Part shown: one piece after another, positions 29,351 to 39,671 of the stretch
How the letters are laid out: each line of letters opens with the position of its first letter
Position numbering within the stretch: the first letter of the stretch is position 1
Source: an uncultured Acetatifactor sp.
Lineage (GTDB): Bacteria; Bacillota; Clostridia; Lachnospirales; Lachnospiraceae
DNA length: 64,000 bases
Reading direction: 5' to 3'
Assembly: GCA_950096775.1 (NCBI GenBank)
Contig: CATNDL010000025.1
Location: 1,338 to 65,337, forward strand
Translations under genes and position numbers: made by a program
Notes under the pieces: generated by a model
Database searches by the model: none
What the model was told of the DNA's origin: nothing
What the model saw: the letters and a program-made list of their open reading frames with translations, nothing else

Positions 29351-29476
29351 TCATTCTCTTCCTTTCTTAAAATATTTCTTACCATTCTTCCATGTTAATA
29401 ATCTGCCATGATTTCGTGCGCTCCGGCGTATACAATCCCGTGCGCTTCTGTGCGCCTGGAATTCAGAAGTTGACAT
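29351..29476 (-). CDS. Possible 41-aa leader peptide
   Basis: AGGAAGGA RBS and ATG 29476; TGA ends 1 nt before the aminotransferase ATG. Confidence 0.3.
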   Translation of the reverse strand: MSTSEFQAHRSARDCIRRSARNHGRLLTWKNGKKYFKKGRE

Positions 29477-29525
29477 GATGTCCTTCCTTTTCAATATTTT
29501 ACCACATTTCTCTCCCATTACAAGC

Positions 29526-29557
29526 AAAAAACGCAGCCGCCATGGCCGCAGCTGCAT
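29526..29557 (-). terminator. Intrinsic terminator after glpK
   Basis: ATGCAGCTGC-GGCCATG-GCGGCTGCGT followed by a T run. Confidence 0.75.
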
Positions 29558-29639
29558 TTTCTGTCACCTTTTTCGTTTCCTTCATCCATTGCCATGCCAA
29601 ATCCGTCAGGGCCTTCCTTGGGCAATCCGTCCATGTCCT

Positions 29640-31139
29640 TCATTCCGTGTCCTTCGCCCACATGAGGGCGCATTTCACGGCACGCTTCCAGCCCTTGAGC
29701 AGCTCCCCGCGCCTCTCTTCCTCCATGGACGGGCAGAACACCTTGCCAATCTGCCAGTTTGCCCTGATCTCCTCCTTGTCCTCCCAGTAGCCCACCGCCA
29801 GGCCTGCCAGATAGGCTGCCCCCAAAGCCGTGGTCTCGATGCACTCCGGCCTGTGAACCTGGGTGTCCACGATGTCCGCCTGGAACTGCATCAGGAAATC
29901 GTTGGCGCTGGCCCCGCCGTCCACCTTCAGGCCCTTCAGCCGGATACCGCTGTCCTCCTCCATGGCCCGGAGCACGTCCGCGGTCTGGTAGGCGACAGAC
30001 TCCAGGGTGGCGCGGATGAAGTGCTCCTTCGTGCAGCCCCTGGTCAGCCCCACCACGGTGCCCCTGGCGTACTGGTTCCAGTAAGGCGCCCCTAACCCTG
30101 CAAAGGCAGGCACCAGGTAGACCCCGGCGGTATCCTCCACCGCTTCGCAGTACTGCTCGGACTGGGCGGCGCTTTTCAGCATGCGCATGCTGTCCCGCAG
30201 CCACTGGACGCCCGCTCCCGCCACGAACACGCTGCCCTCCAGCGCGTACTCCGGCTCTTCACAGGTTCCGGCAGCGATGGTGGTCAGCAGCCCTGACCTC
30301 GAGGCGATGGCGTCCTTTCCGGTGTTCATCAGCAGGAAACAGCCTGTGCCATAGGTATTCTTTACCTCACCCCGCTGGAAGCAGCACTGGCCGAACAGGG
30401 CCGCCTGCTGATCCCCTGCCGCGCCCGCGATGGCGATCCGTCCGCCCAGCACGGAGGCGTCCGTATGCCCATAGACATAGCTGGAGGGCCGAACCTGGGG
30501 CAGGATTTTGGCCGGAATGCGGAACCGCTCCATAATCTTCTCGTCCCAGACCAGCCTGTGGATGTCGAACAGCATGGTGCGGGAAGCATTGGTATAGTCC
30601 GTCACATGCACCGCACCCTTTGTCAGATTCCAGATGAGCCAGGTGTCCACCGTGCCGAAGAGCAGCTCCCCTTTTTCCGCCCTTTCCCTGGCCCCGGGCA
30701 CATGCTCCAGAATCCAGGCAATCTTGGAGGCGCTGAAATAGGCGTCCGGCACCAGGCCGGTCTTCTCCCGGATTTTCTCGTCAAAGCCGTCCTCTTTCAA
30801 TTTCTCGATCATGTCCGAGGTGCGGCGGCACTGCCATACGATGGCATTGTATACCGGCTCTCCGGTATTCCTGTCCCACAAAATCGTAGTCTCCCGCTGG
30901 TTGGTGATGCCGATGGCGGCTATCTGCTCCGCCTCCACGCCGGCCATGGCCATGCATTCCGCGGCCACCGAAAGCTGGGTGGACCAGATCTCCTTGGGAT
31001 TGTGCTCCACCCAGCCGGGCTTGGGATAAATTTGCGTGAATTCCTTCTGGGACATGGAATGGATGCTCCCCGCCTTGTCGAACAAAATGCACCTGGAGCT
31101 TGTGGTGCCCTGGTCCAGGGCCATGATATATTTTTTCAT
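29640..31139 (-). CDS. glpK: Glycerol kinase
   Basis: [60 protein letters not shown]. Confidence 0.96.
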   Translation of the reverse strand: MKKYIMALDQGTTSSRCILFDKAGSIHSMSQKEFTQIYPKPGWVEHNPKEIWSTQLSVAAECMAMAGVEAEQIAAIGITNQRETTILWDRNTGEPVYNAIVWQCRRTSDMIEKLKEDGFDEKIREKTGLVPDAYFSASKIAWILEHVPGARERAEKGELLFGTVDTWLIWNLTKGAVHVTDYTNASRTMLFDIHRLVWDEKIMERFRIPAKILPQVRPSSYVYGHTDASVLGGRIAIAGAAGDQQAALFGQCCFQRGEVKNTYGTGCFLLMNTGKDAIASRSGLLTTIAAGTCEEPEYALEGSVFVAGAGVQWLRDSMRMLKSAAQSEQYCEAVEDTAGVYLVPAFAGLGAPYWNQYARGTVVGLTRGCTKEHFIRATLESVAYQTADVLRAMEEDSGIRLKGLKVDGGASANDFLMQFQADIVDTQVHRPECIETTALGAAYLAGLAVGYWEDKEEIRANWQIGKVFCPSMEEERRGELLKGWKRAVKCALMWAKDTE

Positions 31140-31199
31140 ATGCGCTCTCCTTTCTCTCGGTATATGCTGATTTTCAAAGGATGGCAGGCATGGGGCCCG

Positions 31200-32903
31200 T
31201 CAGGCCTCCACGTCATAGCTTCTTTCCGGCAGGTACAGGATCCTGTACCCGGCCTCCCGCAGGGCCCGGCCCAATTCCAGGCTGATCCTGCCTATGTCGC
31301 AGCCCTCGGGCAGGGTGGAGGCGTCGAACCTGTCGGTCCCCGGCGCCGTCCGGTAAGGGACTCCCGTCACCTGCGAAAACAGCTCCCGGCACTCCGGGCG
31401 CACCCGGATGTTCCGGATATCCGCCGCAGCGGCATCCTGGGGCAGAACCGCCCGGTGGAGGTAGCCGCTGTAATGAATCGGCAGGTTCCGGTACAGGACT
31501 TCCCCGGCCTGCACCGGCCCTGTGCCGCTCCCTTCCGTTCCGGGCAGAGCGGCGCTCACATGCTCCCCCGCTTCCGCCAGGCGGCCGCCCGCCACCCTGC
31601 CGCTGTGGACAATCCTGCCCGCTATGGCCCCTACATCCGTCCGGCTGTCAAAAATGCTGCCGCCTGCAGAGGCGCTTTCGCCTACATTGGAGCCGCCGCC
31701 CGCATAAGGGCTGCCGCTTGTGCGGGGGCCGCCGTCTGCATTGGGCCTGCCGCTTGTGCAGGGGCCGCCGCCTGCATTGGGCCTGCCGCTTACCAGGGGG
31801 CCGTCCCCATACCGCAGGGCATAGAAGCCCACATGGGCCGTGTCCACCACTTTTGCCGCCCAGCCCTGCCTGTCCGCGAAATCCTGCACCGCCCTGCGCC
31901 CGGCCTCATAGGCGTGGCGCTTGCTCTCCGGGTTCTCTGCGGTGGAGCCGGGGTGGCATCTCCAGTGGTAGAGCACCCTGGGGATGTGGAGGATGGCCTC
32001 CTCCCTTCCCTTAAGTCCGGCCACCGCCCGCAGCACCAGGTCGAAGTCCTGTGCGCCGTCATATTCTGAACGGAATCCCAGCTCCTGCATCAGCGCCCGC
32101 TCCATCACCAGGAAATGGCAGATGTAATTATTGCTCAGAAGCAGGTCGAAATTAAAGTCCTCCTTCCGGTGGGGCTCAAAATATTCCGTCCTGTCCCCAT
32201 TGCATTTGTCTTCATCGGAATAGAGGAGCGCGGGCGCGGTCCCCCTCTCCTGCGCCTGTCCGATCGCCGCCGCCATCTCGTAGAGGGCGTCCGGCGTGAG
32301 GACATCGTCATGATCCAGCAGCCCGATGTAATCCCCTGCGGCATGGGGAAGGGCCTGGTTCGTGTTCCCTGCGATGCCCTCATTCCGCTCCAGGCGGATA
32401 TAGCGGATCCGCCCGCTGTGAAAGCCGGGAAGCGCATCCTCCGGCCCAGGCTCCGCGGAAATACCCGGGGCGGCATCTCCCGCGCTCCTGCCGGGGGCAT
32501 CCGTCAGGTCTCCGGTCCCCTGTCCGCCCCCCTCAAAATCCACCTGGCCGGGCTCTGTCATGTCCCGCAGCGCCCGCTCCACGCTGCAATCCTCCGTGGC
32601 GTCCGCCAGAATCAGCTCCCAGCCGGGATAGGTCTGGCAGCGGAGGGATTCCACCAGCTCCTTCAGGTATTCCGGCTTCGTCCTGTATGTGGGCACCAGT
32701 ATGCTGAACCTGGCGCACAGGCCCTGCCGCTGCCATCCCCGGCGCTGTGCCTCCAGCTCCCGGTCCGCGGGAGGCGTCCACACATAGGGAGGGCGCTTCC
32801 TCTCCTCCAGCCTCTCCAGGACGGCGTACCATGTCCTGCGGATGCCGTTGCGCTTCATATAATAGATGGTCTTTTTCAGATTCGCCTTATTGATTCTGCC
32901 CAA
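31200..32903 (-). CDS. Glycosyltransferase family 2 with two low-complexity insertions
   Basis: FSILVPTY, WELILAD, LLDHDD, LYSDED, NYICHF, GAQDFD; TTG 32903 has a GGAGG RBS (start inferred). Confidence 0.85.
   Translation of the reverse strand: MGRINKANLKKTIYYMKRNGIRRTWYAVLERLEERKRPPYVWTPPADRELEAQRRGWQRQGLCARFSILVPTYRTKPEYLKELVESLRCQTYPGWELILADATEDCSVERALRDMTEPGQVDFEGGGQGTGDLTDAPGRSAGDAAPGISAEPGPEDALPGFHSGRIRYIRLERNEGIAGNTNQALPHAAGDYIGLLDHDDVLTPDALYEMAAAIGQAQERGTAPALLYSDEDKCNGDRTEYFEPHRKEDFNFDLLLSNNYICHFLVMERALMQELGFRSEYDGAQDFDLVLRAVAGLKGREEAILHIPRVLYHWRCHPGSTAENPESKRHAYEAGRRAVQDFADRQGWAAKVVDTAHVGFYALRYGDGPLVSGRPNAGGGPCTSGRPNADGGPRTSGSPYAGGGSNVGESASAGGSIFDSRTDVGAIAGRIVHSGRVAGGRLAEAGEHVSAALPGTEGSGTGPVQAGEVLYRNLPIHYSGYLHRAVLPQDAAAADIRNIRVRPECRELFSQVTGVPYRTAPGTDRFDASTLPEGCDIGRISLELGRALREAGYRILYLPERSYDVEA
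31683..31790. repeat. 36-bp tandem repeat (3 units) in GT2
   Basis: Encodes SGRPNAGGGPCT/SGRPNADGGPRT/SGSPYAGGGSNV; units at 31711 and 31747 are nearly identical. Confidence 0.85.
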
Positions 32904-33252
32904 GCGCACCTCCCGGGAGCCATCCCATCTCCTCCAGCGAGTCCAGCACGGATTCCGGCACGTCACCGGCCTTCCCCTTCTTCAGGCGGAGGCTGAAGTA
33001 CACGTTCATCTGGGCCGGATAGCTGAGCATCATGGTGCCGTCATGGAGGATGAGAATCCTGTCCCCCGTCCGGTAGTTCCCCGTCCGCCCCCGCATGACC
33101 ACAGGCCCCGCTGAGCCTTCGTCAAAGACGATGATGGGTTCTCCTGCATCGACATAGATGCCCGTGCTGAAGGTAAAGGGGCTTACCACGAACAGCCCCA
33201 CCGCCAGGAGACAGCTGGCCACTACCAGTATGATTACCACTCTTTTTTTCAT
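32887..33252 (-). CDS. Hypothetical membrane/exported protein (121 aa)
   Basis: GGAGGA RBS, hydrophobic N-terminus MKKRVVIILVVASCLLAVGLFVV; only the 3' end of the 504-aa track ORF looks coding. Confidence 0.7.
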   Translation of the reverse strand: MKKRVVIILVVASCLLAVGLFVVSPFTFSTGIYVDAGEPIIVFDEGSAGPVVMRGRTGNYRTGDRILILHDGTMMLSYPAQMNVYFSLRLKKGKAGDVPESVLDSLEEMGWLPGGALGQNQ

Positions 33253-33389
33253 ACGCTCCTCCAAAAAACAACCTTTTCTCCCTATGGCCCCGGATAGAGA
33301 ACAGGCAGGAAGCCCTGGCCCCCTGCCCATCCCATTATCTGTATTCCATGTATTTATATTTCCTACAGCGCATTTCCGGGCAATGCCCC

Positions 33390-35111
33390 TTACAGCACAG
33401 CCTTCAGGTCCTCCGTCAGCGTCTCCAGCTTCGCCTGGGCGTCCTCCAAGCTCGTCCCCTTCACGCCCATGTAGAACTTGATCTTGGGCTCCGTGCCGGA
33501 GGGACGGGCGCAGCACCATGCGTCGTCGGGCAGCTCGAAATACAGCACGTTGGACTTCGGCAGCCCGGTCTTTCCCTCCGCGCCGGTAGCCATGTCCACG
33601 ATCCTGTCCGTCTGGTAATCGCGGAACTTCAGCACCTGATGGCCGCCGAAGGACTTGGGCGGGTTCTGGCGCAGCTTCTCCATGATCTCCGCGATCTGCC
33701 TGGAGCCATCGATGCCCTTCAAGGTGATGGTGTACTGGGACTCCTTGTAATAGCCGTACTTCTCGTAGGTATCCAGCATCATGTCCCAGAGGGTCTTGCC
33801 CTGCTTCTTGCAGTAGGCCGCCACCTCGCACAGGCACATCACCGCCACGATGGCGTCCTTGTCCCTGGCATGGGTTCCGGCCAGGCAGCCGTAGCTCTCC
33901 TCCAGGCCGAACACGTAATGGTTGCTGCCTGTCTGCTCGAAGAGCTTGATCTGCTCGCCGATGAACTTGAATCCCGTGAGCACCTCGATAAGCTTGACGC
34001 CGTAAGCGTTCGTAATAGGCTTGGTCATATTGGTGGTGACGATGGTGGTCACCAGAGCGGGGTTCTCGGGCATGGTCTTGGTGGCTGTGCGCTCCCGCAG
34101 GATGTATTCCGCGATCAGCATGCCGGACATATTTCCGGTGAAGGACACGTACTCCCCGGTCCTGGAATCCTTTGCGTATACGCCCAGACGGTCCGCATCC
34201 GGGTCTGTGGCCAGGACGATGTCCGCGTCCTTCTCTTTGGCCAGCCGCAGGGCGTAGGTGAAGGCCTTGGGATCCTCGGGATTGGGGTACTCCAATGTGG
34301 TGAAGTTGGGATCCGGGTTCTCCTGCTCCGGCACCACGTACACATGCTTGAAGCCCAGCTCCGACAGTATGCGCCTGGCGGGCACATTGCCCGTGCCGCA
34401 CAGGGGCGTGTACACGATCTTGATATCGTCGGCCACCGCTTCGATGACCTCCGGGTGGATGATCTGCTTCTTCAGCTCGGCCATATAGGCATCGTCGATT
34501 TCTTTGCCGATGACCTGGTACAGGCCCTTTTCCATGGCATCCGCCCTGTCCATGGTCTTCACGGTATGATAGTCCTTGATGGCCTGGACTTCCTCGATGA
34601 TCTGTTTATCGAAGGGAGCGGTGACCTGTGCGCCGTCCTCCCAGTACACCTTGTAGCCATTGTACTCCGGCGGGTTGTGGCTGGCCGTCACCACGATGCC
34701 TGCCGTGCACCCCAGGGTGCGCAGGGCAAAGGAAAGCTCCGGCGTGGGGCGGAGGGCATCGAACACATAGGCCTTGATCCCGTTGGCCGCCAGGCACAGC
34801 GCCGCCACATCGGCGAACTCCGGGGACATGCGCCTGGAATCGTAGGCGATGGCAACACCCTTCCCCTGGGTGCCCTTCTTCAGGATGAAATTGGCCAGCC
34901 CCTGGGTGGCCTTGCGGACCGTGTAGACGTTCATGCGATTGGTCCCGGCCCCGATCACGCCACGCAGGCCGCCTGTGCCGAACTCCAGCTCCTTGTAGAA
35001 TCTCTCCTCGATTTCCTTCTGGTCATTTCGGATGGCCAGCAGCTCATCCTTGGTGCCCTGGTCGAAATAGTCGTCCTCCAGCCAGAAATTAAAGTCGTCC
35101 ATATAGCTCAT
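33390..35111 (-). CDS. pgm: Phosphoglucomutase/phosphomannomutase
   Basis: FGTGGLRG, TASHNP phosphoserine loop, DPDADR metal loop, EESYG, RPSGTEPKIK. Confidence 0.92.
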   Translation of the reverse strand: MSYMDDFNFWLEDDYFDQGTKDELLAIRNDQKEIEERFYKELEFGTGGLRGVIGAGTNRMNVYTVRKATQGLANFILKKGTQGKGVAIAYDSRRMSPEFADVAALCLAANGIKAYVFDALRPTPELSFALRTLGCTAGIVVTASHNPPEYNGYKVYWEDGAQVTAPFDKQIIEEVQAIKDYHTVKTMDRADAMEKGLYQVIGKEIDDAYMAELKKQIIHPEVIEAVADDIKIVYTPLCGTGNVPARRILSELGFKHVYVVPEQENPDPNFTTLEYPNPEDPKAFTYALRLAKEKDADIVLATDPDADRLGVYAKDSRTGEYVSFTGNMSGMLIAEYILRERTATKTMPENPALVTTIVTTNMTKPITNAYGVKLIEVLTGFKFIGEQIKLFEQTGSNHYVFGLEESYGCLAGTHARDKDAIVAVMCLCEVAAYCKKQGKTLWDMMLDTYEKYGYYKESQYTITLKGIDGSRQIAEIMEKLRQNPPKSFGGHQVLKFRDYQTDRIVDMATGAEGKTGLPKSNVLYFELPDDAWCCARPSGTEPKIKFYMGVKGTSLEDAQAKLETLTEDLKAVL

Positions 35112-35342
35112 TTCGCTTCTCCTCTCTTCCGCGCAGCTTTTCACGATCTCGGGATCCCTCCCTGCATCTGCATTCTGCGCCTCCTGCAGATAGCATTCCT
35201 ATCCATATCTTACCATATATCTCCGGACTATACCAGACCATTATCCGCAAAATTGTTGCTGTCCACTGCTTCGCCGCTCACAGCAACATGATGCACACAT
35301 ACAATAGAATTCAAGGACAGAATTCTATTGTCCTGAAAATTC

Positions 35343-38300
35343 CTACACCCCCATCCAGCGGCTCATGACGGCCGTGAGCTGGGCGATGTCCAGGGGCTTT
35401 GCCATATGCTCGTTCATCCCGGCCTCCCTGCCTACGGCAACGTCTTCCGCAAAGGCATTGGCGGACAGTGCGATGATGGGGATGGACAGCGCGTCCCTGC
35501 GCGGGAGCTTGCGTATGGCCCTGGTGGCCTCATAGCCGTTCATGACAGGCATTTGGATGTCCATCAGCAGCATGTCGAAATACCCCTCCGGCATGGCCTC
35601 GAAGCGCTCCAGGGCCTTCCTGCCGTTGGGGGCGCATTCCACTGCCGCCCCGGTGGCCCCGATGATCTCCATGGCGATCTCCTGGTTGATCACATTGTCC
35701 TCCACCAGCAGGATCCTCCTGTCCGCGAACCGTGCGTCTGCGGAATCTTCCTCCGCCTCCCGGGCCGGATCCGCCACGGCCCCCAAATTCCCCCGGAGCT
35801 TCAGCAGCAATGTCACCGTGACTTTGGTTCCCTTGCCCAAAGCGCTCTCCACCTTGATGAAGCCGCCCATCATGCGCACGATGTTCTGGGCGATCGTCAT
35901 CCCCAGCCCCGTCCCCTCGGTCTTGCTGATCCGGGAATCCTCGGCCCGGCTGAAGGGCTCGTAGATATGGGGCAGAAACTCCTCCGCCATGCCGATGCCG
36001 TCGTCCTCGAAGATGAAGTCATAGAAGCAGCAGCCATACTTCTTCACCTCCCGCTCTATCACTGTCAGGCCGATGTGACCGCCGGGCGGGGTGAACTTGA
36101 CGGAGTTGCCCAGAATGTTGGAGAACACCTGGCTGATGCGCCCCTTGTCCCCCGTCACGTCCTCATGCTCCACCCGGGAGGAGACCTTCAGCTCCAGCCC
36201 CTTTTCCTCCACCTGGCCCTGGAGTGACGCGGACACGTCCCCCACCAGCCGGGAGATTTCGAATTCGTCCGCCACCAGGTCCACATTGCCGGTTTCCAGT
36301 TCGCTCATATCCAATATTTCATTCACCAGAAAAAGGAGGCTGTTGCCGGAGGCGGTGATCTTCCCCAGGCAGTCCCGCAGCTTCTCCTTGTCCTCCACAT
36401 TCTCCGAGGCGATCCTGGTCATTCCTATGATGCCGTTCATGGGCGTGCGGATGTCATGGCTCATCCGGGAGAGGAATTCGCTCTTGGAGGCATTGGCGTG
36501 GTTGGCCGCCTGGCAGGCCGCCTGGATGGCGCGCTGCTCCCGCATCTCCTTGCGCTTGCTCTCCGTCACGTCCTGGGCCGCGTAGACGATGCCGCTGGCC
36601 TTGCCCTCCTCATCGGTGCGGGCCATCACCGCAGTGGCCCGGATCCAGCCGAAGTCGTCCCCGTCGGTGTCCGTCTCCTCCGGCATCTTGCGGTAGGCGA
36701 AGGTCACGAAGGGCTGCTCCTTCTTCAGGACCTGGCGCAGGTTCCTGCTGCTCATGGTGTAGAGATAGTCGGCCCGGTCCTCCGGATGGACAAAGGTGTC
36801 CGCATAGACCCGCAGGGCCTCGTCATAGTCCGTCCGGTCCTCCAAAAGCTTCCGCACGTCCTCCAGCTGGCTCATGCCCCGCATCTGGTTCTGCTCCAGA
36901 TCCCCGTAGTAGGTGGCGAAGAACATGCTGCTCAGGCTCTGGATGATGCCGGCCTGCTCCTCCTCCAGCTTCTGGCGCTTCTGTTCCTCCAGCTTCTCTT
37001 TGGTGATGTCACGCCCCAGGACATTTACTAAAACATTGTCGTCTCTGCGGATATAGGTCACATGCTGCTCCAGCCACTGCTCCCTGGGGCCCTTGAGGCG
37101 GTAGCTGCAGATCTCCTCCGAATAGTCCTGGGTCTTCGCCGCCTGGCTGCGCATATGCTCCGGGCTCATGTATTTCCGGAATTTATCCATATCCTCGGGA
37201 ACCACGGAACCCTCCAGGGCCCGTTGGTAGTAATGGGTGTATTTCCCCGCTCCCCCGTTCTGGGGCTGGGCGCTCTCGTTGAGCCAGAACCGCTCGCACT
37301 GGTCGCTCTCCAGGTGGATCGTGGTCATCACGTGGAAACGGGACTTCAGGATAGCGGCCATCTGCATATCCCGCTGGGAGAGTGTCTGCTCCTGCCGCAC
37401 CCGCTTATCCACATCCTGCAGCGCCAGGACCGTATAGTTCCTGGTGCCCTGGTTCCTGCCGAAATACGCGATCACGGCCACATACCGGTATCTTCCCCCC
37501 GCCTGCCACTGGCACAGCATATCCAGCTTATGCATTCCCGTGTCCCTGGCCTGGATCAGGCCCTCCAGGGAGAACTTCTGCCGGAACATCTCCCGGTTCT
37601 CCGGATGGATCTGGTGCATCAGGCGGGACTGCAGAACCACGTCCCACATCAGCGTCTGGGAGCTCCAGCCCTCCTGGCTGTATCCGCCCTCCCGCACCAG
37701 GTTCACGTTCCCGTCCTTCAAATCGATGGTATATATCCCCAGGTTCTGCTCTCCCAGCGTCCGGGTGACCTCCTGGAGGCGCACGCTGGTCTCATCCAGC
37801 TCCAGGCTCTCCTTGAGCATGTCCTGTACATCCTTGATATAGATCAGGACGGTCTGGTTCCCGTCCGTATATCCCGAATCCGGGGTCACCTCCAGCAGGT
37901 TCCAGCGGTAGCCTCCCGGGGAGCTGCGCCGGTAGCTGCAGGTCAGGTGCTTGCGCCCGGTCTGCAGCACGCTTTTCAGGTACTCCAGGTGGGTGAAGCT
38001 CAGGAACCGGTCCAGGTCGTCCGGATGGATGGTGCCCTTTTTCTTGAACTGCTCCAGCCATTCCGTGAAGCTCTCCTTCTTGCTGTCTATGGCCCATTCC
38101 TCCGCGCCCGACTTCACTACCTCATAGCTGTTGCGGCTCAGGTTCACCCGCAGGATCTTGCGGTAGACATAGCTGAATTCGTCCATGTGGGGGGTCAGCG
38201 TGATGACCAGGGCCGGGATGCCGCCCTCCCACTGCATGCGCCTGGCCTCCATGTCCACCGTGCCAAGCGCATTGTCGCTGATGATGGATTTGCCCTCCTG

Positions 38301-38501
38301 CCTCTGGCCCATGTGCAGCAGCGGACAGTTGGAGCAGGAGTTCGCCCACATCCTGTCGCAGGCCGTCCCCTTCTCCACATTGGGAGCCATCCTGCGGATA
38401 CGTTCGTTAAAATATAGAATTTCGTGGTTATCCTCCCGGATGACATAGATTCCTGTATTCGGTATGGCATCTAATATCTTTTCATAATCTCTGATATCCA
38501 T
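35343..38501 (-). CDS. Soluble hybrid histidine kinase/response regulator
   Basis: H-box SRMSHDIRTPMNGI, N-box NSVKFT, G-boxes DDGIG and GTGLG, receiver LLMDIQMPVMNG; PAS-like N-terminal repeats, no evident TM helix. Confidence 0.93.
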   Translation of the reverse strand: MDIRDYEKILDAIPNTGIYVIREDNHEILYFNERIRRMAPNVEKGTACDRMWANSCSNCPLLHMGQRQEGKSIISDNALGTVDMEARRMQWEGGIPALVITLTPHMDEFSYVYRKILRVNLSRNSYEVVKSGAEEWAIDSKKESFTEWLEQFKKKGTIHPDDLDRFLSFTHLEYLKSVLQTGRKHLTCSYRRSSPGGYRWNLLEVTPDSGYTDGNQTVLIYIKDVQDMLKESLELDETSVRLQEVTRTLGEQNLGIYTIDLKDGNVNLVREGGYSQEGWSSQTLMWDVVLQSRLMHQIHPENREMFRQKFSLEGLIQARDTGMHKLDMLCQWQAGGRYRYVAVIAYFGRNQGTRNYTVLALQDVDKRVRQEQTLSQRDMQMAAILKSRFHVMTTIHLESDQCERFWLNESAQPQNGGAGKYTHYYQRALEGSVVPEDMDKFRKYMSPEHMRSQAAKTQDYSEEICSYRLKGPREQWLEQHVTYIRRDDNVLVNVLGRDITKEKLEEQKRQKLEEEQAGIIQSLSSMFFATYYGDLEQNQMRGMSQLEDVRKLLEDRTDYDEALRVYADTFVHPEDRADYLYTMSSRNLRQVLKKEQPFVTFAYRKMPEETDTDGDDFGWIRATAVMARTDEEGKASGIVYAAQDVTESKRKEMREQRAIQAACQAANHANASKSEFLSRMSHDIRTPMNGIIGMTRIASENVEDKEKLRDCLGKITASGNSLLFLVNEILDMSELETGNVDLVADEFEISRLVGDVSASLQGQVEEKGLELKVSSRVEHEDVTGDKGRISQVFSNILGNSVKFTPPGGHIGLTVIEREVKKYGCCFYDFIFEDDGIGMAEEFLPHIYEPFSRAEDSRISKTEGTGLGMTIAQNIVRMMGGFIKVESALGKGTKVTVTLLLKLRGNLGAVADPAREAEEDSADARFADRRILLVEDNVINQEIAMEIIGATGAAVECAPNGRKALERFEAMPEGYFDMLLMDIQMPVMNGYEATRAIRKLPRRDALSIPIIALSANAFAEDVAVGREAGMNEHMAKPLDIAQLTAVMSRWMGV

Positions 38502-38545
38502 GTGCGGTCTCCCCTACTTCCAATCCATCGAAAGCCTTCCGATTT

Positions 38546-38574
38546 ATTTTATCACGGAACAGAACAGGAAGCAA
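38546..38574 (-). promoter_or_regulatory. Sigma-A promoter of the hybrid kinase
   Basis: TTGCTT-N17-TAAAAT with TG extension. Confidence 0.55.
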
Positions 38575-38577
38575 GAC

Positions 38578-39651
38578 TTAAGGATAATAGCGGTAGATTT
38601 CCTCCTGGGAAATCCGCCGTGCCAGCTCCCGCAGCTGCGCCAGCACGGCTTCCCAGTCCTCAGGCTCCACCCGGTTCCCGCAGGCGGCCATCCGCTCCAG
38701 CATGTACTGGTTGACCTCAGGCCCGTAGTGCACCATGTCCATGTAATTGTCCAGGTCGCAGACAATCCAGTCTTCCTGTTGGAAGCAGTACACCTCCACG
38801 TTCTCAAAGCGAAGCAGTGCGGTCACGGCGCTGTCCAGGGCATAGAACCGCTCCTCCAGCTCCCCGTTCACGTAGGCGCAGTCCCACCACAGCATGGAGA
38901 AGGGGGGAATCAGGAAACGGTAGGTGGTCTCCGGATGGGATGACACCTGCTCTGTCAGGAGCGCCACATTGTCCCCGATCAGGCCCTTTTTGTCAGAGAA
39001 ATCCCTGTCCGGGGGCTCCCCCTCCAGCACGATGCCCGCCCGGTCATAGGCCCGCATGGCCTGGGCGGCGCCGAATTCCTTGCCCCTTGACCAGTCGTAG
39101 GCATGTCCGCCGGTATTGATGCCCGCGCGGGAATAGGCCAGCATGGCCGGTATGCGCTCCAGCAGGATCTCTTTATTGAAGAGATAGGGCAGGTCGTCCA
39201 GGATGCTTGCCGTGTGGAGGTAGCCCGGCGTGTCGCCGCCCCTGAGCGTCACCTCCGTGGAAGCCTCCAGGGCCGGGATGTCCAGGCACCAGAACACGTT
39301 CCGCAGCTCCCCCCTTTCCTGGGCCATTTCCAGATAATAGAGGAGATCCGCCACGGAGCCCGAGGCGCGGATGATCTTCAGCGTCCTGCAGCCGTATGTC
39401 CCGTCCAGGAAGGAGCTGTCGAAGTTCTCCGCCACGGAGGAGCCCATCAGCACGCTGTCATAGGAGAAGTTCCGGACTGTGCCCGGCATCTGGTTGTCCC
39501 TGTCGTTGAGCACGGCCTCCATGCCGAAGAAGGGGCTGTGGTACTGGTAGAAAGGGTCGAACAGCCAGACGATCAGGGCCGCCAGGAGAAATTCCGCCGC
39601 GATGAAGAGAAGGAGGCGCCTGAGCCCCTTCTTCTTCCTGTTTCCGTCCAT
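38578..39651 (-). CDS. Membrane-anchored SGNH-like partner of the MBOAT (AlgJ/DltD-like)
   Basis: N-terminal TM helix, MGSS motif, C-terminal DMVH; follows the MBOAT gene. Confidence 0.65.
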   Translation of the reverse strand: MDGNRKKKGLRRLLLFIAAEFLLAALIVWLFDPFYQYHSPFFGMEAVLNDRDNQMPGTVRNFSYDSVLMGSSVAENFDSSFLDGTYGCRTLKIIRASGSVADLLYYLEMAQERGELRNVFWCLDIPALEASTEVTLRGGDTPGYLHTASILDDLPYLFNKEILLERIPAMLAYSRAGINTGGHAYDWSRGKEFGAAQAMRAYDRAGIVLEGEPPDRDFSDKKGLIGDNVALLTEQVSSHPETTYRFLIPPFSMLWWDCAYVNGELEERFYALDSAVTALLRFENVEVYCFQQEDWIVCDLDNYMDMVHYGPEVNQYMLERMAACGNRVEPEDWEAVLAQLRELARRISQEEIYRYYP

Positions 39652-39671
39652 CTCATCACCTCCTATTAGAA

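Noticed and set aside
32887-34401. 504-aa ORF suggesting a frameshift fusion with pgm
   Set aside because: pgm is complete with its own stop; only the last 121 codons have an RBS and protein-like composition; no slippery site seen
35301-35331. 12-bp inverted repeat after the hybrid kinase
   Set aside because: Probably an ordinary stabilising or terminating hairpin; no clear U tract, so not called as a terminator
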